Shown: positions 37,663 to 46,439 of the stretch, piece after piece
Position numbering within the stretch: position 1 is the stretch's first letter
Layout: each line of letters starts with the position of its first letter
Assembly: GCA_903877935.1 (NCBI GenBank)
Contig: CAIRGA010000213.1
Location: 1 to 52,976 of the forward strand
Direction: 5' to 3'
Origin: an uncultured Hyphomicrobiales bacterium
GTDB taxonomy: Bacteria; Pseudomonadota; Alphaproteobacteria; Rhizobiales; Beijerinckiaceae
Length of the DNA: 52,976 bases
Made by a program: the position numbers and the translations under genes
Notes under the pieces: generated by a model
Told to the model about the DNA's origin: nothing
What the model saw: only the letters and a program-made list of their open reading frames with translations
Database searches by the model: none

Positions 37663-37976
37663 TGGAGCGCTATGCCTTCAAGATGTTTCTCAATTCCGGT
37701 AAGCGCGATGAATACAAAAAGCGGCATGATGAAATTTGGCCCGAACTCACGCACTTACTCCGTGAGGCGGGTATTCGGAATTATTCGATTTTTTTGGATG
37801 AAGAGACGAATATTCTCTTTGGCTATCTAGAGCGCTCGGACATGCATGGGATGGATCGCTTGCCTGAGCATACCGTGATGCGCCGTTGGTGGGATTATAT
37901 GAAAGATCTGATGCAAACGGATGCGACAGGCGCACCCATTGCCATCCGTATCGGTGAAGTGTTTCATCTCGATTAG
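37659..37976 (+). CDS. rhaM: L-rhamnose mutarotase family protein
   Basis: 105 aa. RYAFKMFLNSGKRDEYKKRHDEIWPEL...NYSIFLDEETNILFGYLE...RRWWDYMKDLM...EVFHLD is collinear with E. coli RhaM/YiiL as I recall it. 4-nt overlap with the upstream permease. Confidence 0.9.
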   Translation: MMERYAFKMFLNSGKRDEYKKRHDEIWPELTHLLREAGIRNYSIFLDEETNILFGYLERSDMHGMDRLPEHTVMRRWWDYMKDLMQTDATGAPIAIRIGEVFHLD

Positions 37977-38005
37977 AACAATGACAATAGGTGGGAGTGA
38001 GTAAG

Positions 38006-39040
38006 ATGGACATTAGAAATTTTACAACGCGCAATGGTGCAGTATTGCCTTTTTCGGTTGTTGGGCTTGGCACGGCGCCGATTGGCGACCTCTATGAAAA
38101 GCTTGATGAAAAGACGGCGATTGCAACCGTTGAAGCAGCCCATCACGCAGGGGTTACGATTTTTGATACCTCGCCGCATTATGGCAATGGATTGTCGGAG
38201 TCCCGTGTCGGCGCTGGTTTGCGAAGCGCCAAACGGGATAGCTATTTGATTTCAACCAAAGTCGCCCGCGTGATGAACCCGTTTGCAAAGCAAGCGAGCG
38301 AACGCGGTGATGTTTATTCGCCTGGTTTTGCAGGTGGGTTTCCGCATGCAGCAAGCTTTGATTATTCGCGCGATGGAACGATGCGTGCGATTGAGCAGTC
38401 ATTATTGCGGATGGGATTGGATAGGCTCGATATCGTTTTAATTCACGATTGCGATATTTGGACTCACGGTAAAGCCGATGTTGAGCAACGCTTTAAAGAA
38501 GCGATGGATGGTGCGTATCGGGCGCTTGATGATTTACGCAGTCAGAAGGTTATTTCCGCTATTGGTGCGGGTTTGAATGAATCGCCAATGGCCGCACGGT
38601 TTGCGCGTGCCGGTGATTTTGATGTCACGATGCTAGCGGGTCGGTATTCTCTGCTGGTGCAGGACGCTCTGGATGACTTTCTACCTTTGGCCATTGAAAA
38701 GAAAATGGGCATCATGCTGGCGGGTGTTTTCAACTCCGGTATTTTAGCAACCGGTGCCGTTCCGGGTGCGCGGTATGATTATGCGCCTGCATCGCCCGAG
38801 ATTATGGCGCGGGTTAAAAAGATTGAAGAGGTTTGCAAAGCGCATGGCACGACGATTCGCCGTGCCGCCTTGCAATTCTCACTCGCTCATCCGGCTGTTG
38901 TTTCGGTTGTCTTGGGCGGCGTTACGCCTCAAGAAATTCAATCGAATGTTGCCGATGCTGCCGCAAAAATTCCTGCTGCACTGTGGGCTGATCTTAAATC
39001 GGCTGGCTTGCTCAACGCTTCGGCGCCTGTGCCGCAATGA
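38006..39040 (+). CDS. Aldo/keto reductase of the D-threo-aldose (L-fucose/L-galactose-type) 1-dehydrogenase subgroup
   Basis: LGLGTAPIG...FDTSPHYGNGLSE...LISTKV...LDIVLIHD is the AKR pattern. The ATG at 38006 (MDIRNF) follows GGGAGTGAG. Confidence 0.85.
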   Translation: MDIRNFTTRNGAVLPFSVVGLGTAPIGDLYEKLDEKTAIATVEAAHHAGVTIFDTSPHYGNGLSESRVGAGLRSAKRDSYLISTKVARVMNPFAKQASERGDVYSPGFAGGFPHAASFDYSRDGTMRAIEQSLLRMGLDRLDIVLIHDCDIWTHGKADVEQRFKEAMDGAYRALDDLRSQKVISAIGAGLNESPMAARFARAGDFDVTMLAGRYSLLVQDALDDFLPLAIEKKMGIMLAGVFNSGILATGAVPGARYDYAPASPEIMARVKKIEEVCKAHGTTIRRAALQFSLAHPAVVSVVLGGVTPQEIQSNVADAAAKIPAALWADLKSAGLLNASAPVPQ

Positions 39041-39816
39041 GCGGGTTTGATCCAAAGCATGCCTTCTCGCTGTCGGGAAAAGTCGCCCTTGTAACGGGCG
39101 GTGGAAAAGGCATTGGTCGTGGCGTGGCCCTTGGCATGGCGCGCTCGGGCGCGCGTGTTCATGTGCTTGATCGGGATCTGGAAGCGGCCGAGGAAACAGC
39201 CGGGCTCATTGTCAAGGAAGGAATGGCTGCGAAAGCGCATCGGGTTGATGTGGGCGATGAGGCCGAGATTACTGCAGTGATGGCTGCAATCGCCTCTGAG
39301 GGGGCGATTGATATTTTGGTCAATAATGCGGGGTTGGCTATTCGCAAACCTTCTGTTGATCTTTCGATCGCTGATTGGGATGCCGTGTTGAAAGTGAATT
39401 TGACGGGCGTGTTTTTGTGCGCCCGCGCCGCAGCACGGCATATGATCCCGAACAAGACGGGCGCGATTGTGAACCTCGCCTCGATCATGGGGCTATCCGG
39501 CGGCGGGCTTTATCCGAATATTTCCTATCAGGCGACGAAGGGGGCGGTGGTTAATCTCACCCGCGCTTTGGCGGTTGAATGGGCGCCTTTCGGCGTTCGG
39601 GTCAATGCGGTGGCACCGACTTGGGTGCGTACGGATTTCATCAAGCCGCTTACGGATAGTCCGGATTTACTCGCGCGTATGAATGCGATGACGCCTTTGG
39701 GCCGCATTGCCGAGATTGACGAAGTTGTGGGCGGTATTGTCTATCTAGCAAGTCCGGCGGCTGCGATGGTCACGGGGCATACGCTCGCGATTGATGGTGG
39801 CTTTTTAGCCCAGTAG
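39037..39816 (+). CDS. SDR family oxidoreductase
   Basis: 259 aa. TGGGKGIGRG cofactor motif, NNAG, catalytic SYQATKGAV. ATGA overlap with the AKR stop. Confidence 0.9.
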   Translation: MSGFDPKHAFSLSGKVALVTGGGKGIGRGVALGMARSGARVHVLDRDLEAAEETAGLIVKEGMAAKAHRVDVGDEAEITAVMAAIASEGAIDILVNNAGLAIRKPSVDLSIADWDAVLKVNLTGVFLCARAAARHMIPNKTGAIVNLASIMGLSGGGLYPNISYQATKGAVVNLTRALAVEWAPFGVRVNAVAPTWVRTDFIKPLTDSPDLLARMNAMTPLGRIAEIDEVVGGIVYLASPAAAMVTGHTLAIDGGFLAQ

Positions 39817-39825
39817 GGACCTCAA

Positions 39826-41202
39826 ATGACAATAAACCCAATGACGATTGGCGAGATCCAGGCGGCGGTTCAATCCGATCGATTGACAGCGGAGCAATCG
39901 GTCGCCGCGGCGCTTCAGCGCATGACGGCATGGAATGGTAAGCTCAAGGCCTTTGTGGTCATTGACGCGGATCGTGCGATGGCGGACGCCCGGCATCTCG
40001 ATCAACTGGCAGCGATGGGCGTGCCGAAAGGGCCGTTGTTCGGCGTGCCGTTGGCGATCAAGGATATTATCGATGTAGCAGGCCTGCGCACGGGCGGCGG
40101 GTCGCTGACGCGGAAAGACGCGGGCTTGGCTCAAGCCGATGCAGAGGTCGTGACGCGGCTGCGCAATGCCGGCGCGATCATTATGGGCAAGGTGGCGACG
40201 GTGGAATACGCGTTCGGCGGTTGGGGCTCGAACGAGACGCTGGGTGCGCCGCATAATCCGTGGGATTTGAAACAGGCGCGTGTGCCTGGTGGATCTTCGA
40301 GTGGCTCCGGCGTCGCGGTTGCAGCCGGGTTGGTGCCGGGGGCTCTAGGGTCGGATACAGGTGGATCCATTCGCCTACCATCATCTTTTGCGGGCATAGT
40401 GGGGTTGAAGACGACGGCGGGGTTGATTCCAAAGACGGGCGTCTTGCCGCTCTCCGATATTCTCGACACGATCGGGCCGATGACGCGGTGCGTGGAGGAT
40501 GCGGCGATTTTGTTTGATGTGTTGATGGGCCATGCGCCGGGAAGCAGCGTGCCTGCGCGCGTTGCGGCCAAGGATGCGTTCCGCAATAGGAGAATCGGGG
40601 TTCCCGTTGATTTGGGCGTACCGCTTCATCCGGATACGGCTAAAATTTATGCGGAAACGCAGGAAAGATTGAAAGCTTCGGGCGCTCTTCTGGTGCCGGT
40701 ACGGTTTCCAATGAGCCTTGCCGATTATGCGGCGCCATGCGGGATGTTTTTGGCGGTTGATTCCTATCGCCATTACGGAGCGCTTGCCGAGGAAGAACCA
40801 AACCGGCTGGGTGATCCGGTCCGGAAGCGGATGTTGAGCGGCAAGCCTGTGACGGCGGTCGAGTACACCAAAAATTTAGAGCGACGCGAGCGTGAAAAAT
40901 CCGTGATCGCTGCAATTTTTGAAACGGTCGATACGATCCTGATGCCGTCGACCGCAATGCCTGCGCCGGTGCTTGGCGAGCATCCTGAGCATGACAGTCC
41001 GGCAGTCTTTACCCGTTTTGCGAATTATTTTGATTTGGCTGCCATTTCGCTTCCCGTAGGCCTTTCGACAACGGGTTTGCCGATTGCGGTGCAGTTCGTC
41101 GTGCCGGGCTTTGCCGAGGCACGCGCGCTTGATTTGGGCTACCGGATGGAGACCGCCCAAGGCGGCCCGATCACCTGTCCTTTATTGGAACAGATGGCGT
41201 AA
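39826..41202 (+). CDS. Amidase-signature (GatA-like) family amidase
   Basis: 458 aa. LAIKDIIDVAG (catalytic Lys) and the Gly/Ser-rich signature PGGSSSGSGVAVAAG...GSDTGGSIRLPS. Confidence 0.9.
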   Translation: MTINPMTIGEIQAAVQSDRLTAEQSVAAALQRMTAWNGKLKAFVVIDADRAMADARHLDQLAAMGVPKGPLFGVPLAIKDIIDVAGLRTGGGSLTRKDAGLAQADAEVVTRLRNAGAIIMGKVATVEYAFGGWGSNETLGAPHNPWDLKQARVPGGSSSGSGVAVAAGLVPGALGSDTGGSIRLPSSFAGIVGLKTTAGLIPKTGVLPLSDILDTIGPMTRCVEDAAILFDVLMGHAPGSSVPARVAAKDAFRNRRIGVPVDLGVPLHPDTAKIYAETQERLKASGALLVPVRFPMSLADYAAPCGMFLAVDSYRHYGALAEEEPNRLGDPVRKRMLSGKPVTAVEYTKNLERREREKSVIAAIFETVDTILMPSTAMPAPVLGEHPEHDSPAVFTRFANYFDLAAISLPVGLSTTGLPIAVQFVVPGFAEARALDLGYRMETAQGGPITCPLLEQMA

Positions 41203-41214
41203 GCGGTACAATGT

Positions 41215-41228
41215 TTGATTGAGATCAA
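41215..41228. promoter_or_regulatory. Perfect FNR/FixK/CRP-family-type palindrome TTGAT-N4-ATCAA
   Basis: TTGATTGAGATCAA lies 13 nt after the amidase stop and about 150 nt upstream of the fpr ATG. Its right half is also part of a second inverted repeat, GATCAA-GGGGGT-TTGATC (41223-41240), so it could instead be an RNA hairpin. Confidence 0.3.
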
Positions 41229-41374
41229 GGGGGTTTGATCCGTATCGGAGCATTCATACTCGGACGATCATATACTACAAATTTAAATGTGAAATATATA
41301 AATATACATTGAATTTAGTTTATTATCGGTCTATGCGTTGAAATGTCGATAATTGGGACGGTGGATTGCGGACG

Positions 41375-42148
41375 ATGAGCGCCTTTATAGAAGAAACGGT
41401 TACCAGCGTTCATCATTGGACGGAGACACTGTTCAGCTTCACCACGACGCGCAGCCGATCGTTCCGCTTTCGCAATGGCCAGTTCTCGATGATCGGCCTG
41501 CCGGTTGATGGTAAGCCGCTGTTGCGGGCCTATTCGATCGCGAGTCCCAATTACGCGGAAGAGCTTGAATTTTTCTCGATCAAGGTACCAGACGGTCCAT
41601 TGACCTCGCGTCTTTTGAATATTGTTCCGGGTGACAAAGTGATTATTGGCCAGAAGGCTACGGGCACTTTGCTGTTGGATAATCTGTTACCCGGCAAGCA
41701 TCTTTATCTCTTGGGAACGGGCACGGGACTCGCACCCTTTTTAAGCCTGATCCGCGACCCCGAAACCTATGAAAATTTTGAGAAGGTCGTGTTGGTTCAC
41801 GGCACCCGCGAAGTAGCCGAATTGGCTTACGCGGACATGATCGAAAAAGAATTGCCGGAGGATGAATTCCTCGGTGATTTTGTGCGCGACAAGCTCGTCT
41901 ATTATCCAACCGTTACCCGCGAGCCGTTTAGAAACCGTGGCCGTATTACGGATCTCATCGAGCAAAATGCACTGACCGATGACATTGGACTTCCAGCGCT
42001 CAACCCAATCGATGACCGTGTCATGGTGTGCGGCAATCAGGGATTAAATACCGATATCGCGACGATTTTGAAGGCGCGCGGTTTTAGCGAAGGAAGCAGC
42101 AGCGGGCCCGGCACCTATGTGGTCGAGCGCGCCTTTGTTGAGAAATAA
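41375..42148 (+). CDS. fpr: Ferredoxin--NADP(+) reductase (bacterial Fpr type)
   Basis: LRAYSIAS (RxYS FAD motif), FFSIKVPDGPLTS, LLGTGTGLAPFLS. ATG at 41375 (MSAFIEE). Confidence 0.9.
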   Translation: MSAFIEETVTSVHHWTETLFSFTTTRSRSFRFRNGQFSMIGLPVDGKPLLRAYSIASPNYAEELEFFSIKVPDGPLTSRLLNIVPGDKVIIGQKATGTLLLDNLLPGKHLYLLGTGTGLAPFLSLIRDPETYENFEKVVLVHGTREVAELAYADMIEKELPEDEFLGDFVRDKLVYYPTVTREPFRNRGRITDLIEQNALTDDIGLPALNPIDDRVMVCGNQGLNTDIATILKARGFSEGSSSGPGTYVVERAFVEK

Positions 42149-42161
42149 GGGCTGCTCGGTT

Positions 42162-43643
42162 TTACTTACCCAAGCCGCCCATCAGCATATATTTAATCTC
42201 GACATATTCATCGATGCCGTGCATCGAGCCTTCGCGGCCAATGCCGGATTCTTTCATGCCGCCGAAGGGGGCTTCTGCGGTTGAAATAATCCCTTCATTG
42301 ATCCCGACCATGCCGTATTCCAACGCCTCACCCACACGCCAGACGCGGCCTATGTCGCGAGTGTAAAAATAGCAGGCCAAGCCAAACTCCGTATCATTCG
42401 CCATGGCAATCGCCTCCTCCTCGGTTTTAAAGCGGAAGATCGGGGCGACAGGTCCAAAGGTTTCTTCGCGGGCAACCTGCATGTCCGGCGTCACATCGCG
42501 GATGATGGTAGGCTCATAAAAGCTGCCGCCCAGCGCGTGCCGTTTGCCGCCGACCAAAACCTTGCCGCCTTTGGCGATGGCGTCCGCGACATGTTCTTCG
42601 ACCTTCTTGATGGCCTTGGCATTGATCAGTGGTCCCGTTGTTACACCTTCACCAAAGCCATCGCCCACGCTGAGCTTTTTAACGGCTTCCGCGAGCTTAT
42701 TTGCGAAAGCGTCGTAGACACCGTCTTGAACCAGCAAGCGATTGGCACAGACGCAGGTTTGTCCGGCATTTCGGTATTTAGACGCCATCGCACCTTGCAC
42801 GGCTGCATCGAGATCGGCATCGTCAAACACGATGAAGGGCGCATTGCCGCCGAGTTCAAGACCAACTTTTTTAACCGTCGACGCGCATTGCGCCATCAGC
42901 AATTTGCCCACCGCGGTAGAGCCCGTAAACGACAGCGCCCGCACTTTGGGGCTGGACGTCATTTCAGCACCAATCTCCCGGGCCTGACCCGTCACTACCG
43001 AAAAAACGCCGGCCGGAATACCAGCGCGCTCGGCCAATTCGGCAAGGGCCAAGGCCGAGAAGGGGGTTTCCTCGGATGGCTTAACGACAAAGGTGCAACC
43101 CGCCGCCAAGGCAGGAGCCGCCTTGCGGGTGATCATGGCATTCGGAAAATTCCACGGTGTGATGGCGGCGACAACGCCAACCGGCTGGCGGATCACCACG
43201 ATACGACCATTCGGCCAAGGGGAAGGTACCGTTTCCCCATAAATTCGGCGGGCTTCTTCCGCAAAAAATTCGACAAAGCTAGCCCCATAGGCCACTTCGC
43301 CTTTGGCTTCTGCCAGGGGTTTTCCCTGTTCGGCGGTCATGATGCGGCCAAGATCGTCTTGATGTTCCATCATCAATTCGAACCAACGGCGAAGAATTTG
43401 TCCGCGTTGTTTGGCAGGCGTTGCGGCCCATGATTTTTGGGCCTTTTCAGCGGCTTCAATCGCGGCGGCCGTTTCCTTTTGACCGAGCGATGGAATGCTG
43501 CCGATCACAACGCCCGATGCCGGATTGGTGACATCAATACGCGTGTCTGACCCGATCCAGTTTCCATTAATGTAGCTCTCTTGCCGAAACAGGCTCTTTT
43601 CCTTCAGGAGATTGGATAAAAGAGAGGATGGGGAAGCCGACAT
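42162..43643 (-). CDS. gabD: NAD(P)-dependent succinate-semialdehyde dehydrogenase
   Basis: ITPWNFP, LELGGNAP and GQTCVCANR, with overall GabD-like collinearity. The ATG at complement 43641-43643 follows GGAG. Confidence 0.9.
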   Translation of the reverse strand: MSASPSSLLSNLLKEKSLFRQESYINGNWIGSDTRIDVTNPASGVVIGSIPSLGQKETAAAIEAAEKAQKSWAATPAKQRGQILRRWFELMMEHQDDLGRIMTAEQGKPLAEAKGEVAYGASFVEFFAEEARRIYGETVPSPWPNGRIVVIRQPVGVVAAITPWNFPNAMITRKAAPALAAGCTFVVKPSEETPFSALALAELAERAGIPAGVFSVVTGQAREIGAEMTSSPKVRALSFTGSTAVGKLLMAQCASTVKKVGLELGGNAPFIVFDDADLDAAVQGAMASKYRNAGQTCVCANRLLVQDGVYDAFANKLAEAVKKLSVGDGFGEGVTTGPLINAKAIKKVEEHVADAIAKGGKVLVGGKRHALGGSFYEPTIIRDVTPDMQVAREETFGPVAPIFRFKTEEEAIAMANDTEFGLACYFYTRDIGRVWRVGEALEYGMVGINEGIISTAEAPFGGMKESGIGREGSMHGIDEYVEIKYMLMGGLGK

Positions 43644-43746
43644 GGTGAACTCCAAAATCAATTAAGGATCCGCGACAGGAAATTGTTTATGCGGCTTCCT
43701 ATACCTTCCGCCGCCGGTCTGCCAAGGGTGCGAGTGCCGATTTGCT

Positions 43747-44415
43747 TTAAACCAGCTCCAGGGCTGTTGCTGCAGCCAAAATCTCAGCCATATCGGAATA
43801 AGAAGCATCGCGTTCGACGGTTTCCGGCACGCGATAGCCCGCATGAAAATGGCTGCCGCCGGAAAAGTGCCAAGCCGTCATGCCCGCTGATTTGGCAGCC
43901 ATGAGGCCATAAGCACTGTCTTCGATGACGACGCAATGCCGAGGCTCTGTGTTAAGCGAATGGGCCGCGTGCAGAAAAAGATCGGGCGCCGGCTTGCCAT
44001 TTTTGACCATCGTGGCGCTAAATACATTCGGGCCGAAATAATCGGCGATTTTGGTAATGGCGAGTGAGCGAGCGGCGCGAACAGGATCACTGCTTGTTGC
44101 AACGCATCGCTTTGTTTTGAGCCCCGCGAGGAGCGTCGTAATACCTTTGATCGGTTTTAGCTCATCTTCAAAGCGTGCCAGTAAGGCCGTTCGAAGCTCT
44201 TCCTTAAATTCAGGCGGTGGTGCCTTGCCTGTTTCTTCGCGAAGGGTTGCTATCGCCTGATCAAAGCTACGGCCGATCATGCGTTCGAAAAAGACGCGCT
44301 CCGGAAGGTGGATATCATACCGTTTTAATTCATTGATAAAAACAGTTCCTGAAACCATCTCGCTATCGATCAACACGCCGTCGCAATCGAAAATGACAAG
44401 CTCAATTTTGTTCAT
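43747..44415 (-). CDS. HAD-IA family hydrolase (sugar-phosphate phosphatase / beta-phosphoglucomutase-like)
   Basis: MNKIELVIFDCDGVLIDSE (DxDGxxxD motif), CVATSS, KPAPDLF, VIEDSAYG. The start lies 7 nt downstream of the preceding stop. Confidence 0.85.
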   Translation of the reverse strand: MNKIELVIFDCDGVLIDSEMVSGTVFINELKRYDIHLPERVFFERMIGRSFDQAIATLREETGKAPPPEFKEELRTALLARFEDELKPIKGITTLLAGLKTKRCVATSSDPVRAARSLAITKIADYFGPNVFSATMVKNGKPAPDLFLHAAHSLNTEPRHCVVIEDSAYGLMAAKSAGMTAWHFSGGSHFHAGYRVPETVERDASYSDMAEILAAATALELV

Positions 44416-44422
44416 TTTATTC

Positions 44423-44986
44423 TTATTCAAGATTGGTATGGCGGGAACGCATCGTATCGGCAGTTTCTCCAAGCCTGTCTCTTAGTTTTAAAATAACAAG
44501 CTCGAAGAAAATCGTTTGGGCAATTTCAAAAAGGGAGCCCATCGGCAAGACGGAAGCCGTTGATGTTTGATCATTGGCCATGGTTTGCGCCGGAATGGTC
44601 ACAACAAGGTCAGCCTTTAACGGCGTGCTTCCTTCCGGTTGCGCGGTAATGACAGCCGTCTTTGCGCCATCGGCAGCCGCTGCGTGCATAAAGGCTTCAC
44701 CGGAATTTAAATGTCCTGTTCCTGCGGTGACAATAAAGAGATCGCCTTGGCCCAAATGAGGCACAGTCATATCGCCCACTACATGGATATTCAGGCCAAG
44801 ATGAAACAGGCGCATGGCGAAGCCTTTGATCGCCAAGCCTTCCCGCCCACAGCCGTAAACTGAGATTTTTTTGGCCTCAATGAGCGCGTCGATCAGACCG
44901 TCGGCAGCGTCATCGGGGAGGATACGAAAGACCTGATGCAACTCATCCAGCGCCGAAGTGCCAAGCATAGCCAAGGATGCAGACAT
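44423..44986 (-). CDS. hxlB: 6-phospho-3-hexuloisomerase (single SIS domain, HxlB type)
   Basis: 187 aa. VYGCGREGLAIKGFAMRLFHLGLNIHVVGDMTVP, GDLFIVTAGTG, PMGSLFEIA and the C-terminal ...TMRSRHTNLE match the PHI family pattern, including its characteristic C-terminus. Confidence 0.85.
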   Translation of the reverse strand: MSASLAMLGTSALDELHQVFRILPDDAADGLIDALIEAKKISVYGCGREGLAIKGFAMRLFHLGLNIHVVGDMTVPHLGQGDLFIVTAGTGHLNSGEAFMHAAAADGAKTAVITAQPEGSTPLKADLVVTIPAQTMANDQTSTASVLPMGSLFEIAQTIFFELVILKLRDRLGETADTMRSRHTNLE

Positions 44987-44995
44987 TTTATTTTC

Positions 44996-45997
44996 CTATG
45001 CCGGAAGGGGAAGATTAAACAAGGCCGCCTGAACGATGGCTTGGCTTTTCGGCGAATCTTGCTGCGCGATAGCCGCTGTTAAACCCGCATGCCCCTTCAA
45101 CCTTGCGACGACGGCCTGCATCGCTTCAACGGCTGCAATATTGGTCGTGCATTCGGCGACGGGATCAAGGCCTGCAGTATCCGGGAAAGTATCGAAATAA
45201 ATTACACCTTGATAGCCGCATTGATCGAGCACATGGAGAAGTTCGATCGTTTGAATCGGATGGACGGAACCCGCAATAAGACCGTCGTCACGCTTGCCAT
45301 AGCCATCGTTTAAGTGAACGCCAAGTAGTTTTGAGTGGCGAGCGACCAAGGCTGCGGCATGGGCCGGCATTTCATCGGCGTAGAGTACATGGGCGAAATC
45401 GAGTGTTACGCCCGTATTGGGAAGATTGATTTCTTTAATAGCCAAGAGAGTCGTTGCGACGTCCGGCATAAGACTAAACGAGCGTGGCTCATTGGGTTTA
45501 TATTCGATGGAAATATCGATGGTTGGATTATGCCGCGCCACTTCATCCATCGCAGCAATGGTATCATCCCAAGCGCGGGCGTAGTCGATTTGGAACGAGT
45601 AATCGAAACCATCTTGTCCCATCCAAAGCGTCATGAGATTTCCACCGGCTTTGGCAAGTGAATCCAATCCGCGTTTCGTGATATCGATGGCGTTACGTCG
45701 CACGTGAGGATCAGGATGCGTGAAGGCGCCAAGCTTAAATCCGGGGTCGGTATAATAGCGCATCGCATAGCCATTCAGACGAACACCGGATTGGCTCAAT
45801 CCATCGACAAGCTCAGTCTCGTTGAAGCCCTCAAGGTGATCTGGAAAATTAAGATCAACGGCGTTGAGGCCTTTGACGCTCGCGGCTCGTTTGACGAGAT
45901 CAAGCGTGTTGGGCTTGCGGTTGAGGCCGCGCCAATAATGATTGGTATCGATTTTGAAGGAATTAAGCCGTGCGGCATAGCCTTGGTGCGAAGTCAC
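44996..45997 (-). CDS. Xylose-isomerase-like TIM-barrel sugar isomerase/epimerase
   Basis: 333 aa. LWMGQDGFDY, IEYKPNEPR, DFAHVLYA, LGVHLNDGYG and YFDTFP parallel the metal-binding strands of xylose/rhamnose isomerase-type enzymes. The GTG start lies 1 nt after the upstream stop. Confidence 0.8.
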   Translation of the reverse strand: MTSHQGYAARLNSFKIDTNHYWRGLNRKPNTLDLVKRAASVKGLNAVDLNFPDHLEGFNETELVDGLSQSGVRLNGYAMRYYTDPGFKLGAFTHPDPHVRRNAIDITKRGLDSLAKAGGNLMTLWMGQDGFDYSFQIDYARAWDDTIAAMDEVARHNPTIDISIEYKPNEPRSFSLMPDVATTLLAIKEINLPNTGVTLDFAHVLYADEMPAHAAALVARHSKLLGVHLNDGYGKRDDGLIAGSVHPIQTIELLHVLDQCGYQGVIYFDTFPDTAGLDPVAECTTNIAAVEAMQAVVARLKGHAGLTAAIAQQDSPKSQAIVQAALFNLPLPA

Positions 45998-45998
45998 G

Positions 45999-46439
45999 TT
46001 AGATCACGCCTTTTCTGAAAATGAAGCAGCCATAAGGGCCCGGATCAGAGGTTTGAACAATGGCAAAGCTTTTGGCCGCGGCCTCATAAAAATCGAACCG
46101 CTCATAGGCACCGATTGTGATGGGGCGACCTTCGGCTTTATCGACGATCGCTTGCATCGTGTGGTGGATGGGCACGAGCTTGTCGGGATCACCAACCACT
46201 TTCATGCGCATGACGGGTTCGTCCACAAATGTGTCGAGCGGGAAAACGGAGAGAACAGCTTCAGAGGCGCGGGCGAGATCGGCACCAAAGAGCGAAACCA
46301 GTTTACCGTGCGTCGTTTTTGCCGCCAGTGTCGATGCAGGGTGATTGCGATCGCACAGAACAATATCGTCGCCATGGCCCATGGCTTTGAGCACAAAAAG
46401 CAGTTCGGCGGTTAAGATCGGGTCGAGGCCTTTCAGCAT
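45999..46439 (-). CDS. RbsD/FucU family protein (sugar pyranase/mutarotase)
   Basis: MLKGLDPILTAELLFVLKAMGHGDDIVLCDRNHP matches the RbsD/FucU motif. Start at complement 46437-46439. Confidence 0.85.
   Translation of the reverse strand: MLKGLDPILTAELLFVLKAMGHGDDIVLCDRNHPASTLAAKTTHGKLVSLFGADLARASEAVLSVFPLDTFVDEPVMRMKVVGDPDKLVPIHHTMQAIVDKAEGRPITIGAYERFDFYEAAAKSFAIVQTSDPGPYGCFIFRKGVI

Noticed and set aside
42537-43433. 298-aa plus-strand ORF antisense to gabD
   Set aside because: Arg/Gly/His-rich nonsense composition, fully inside the strongly conserved GabD frame on the other strand.
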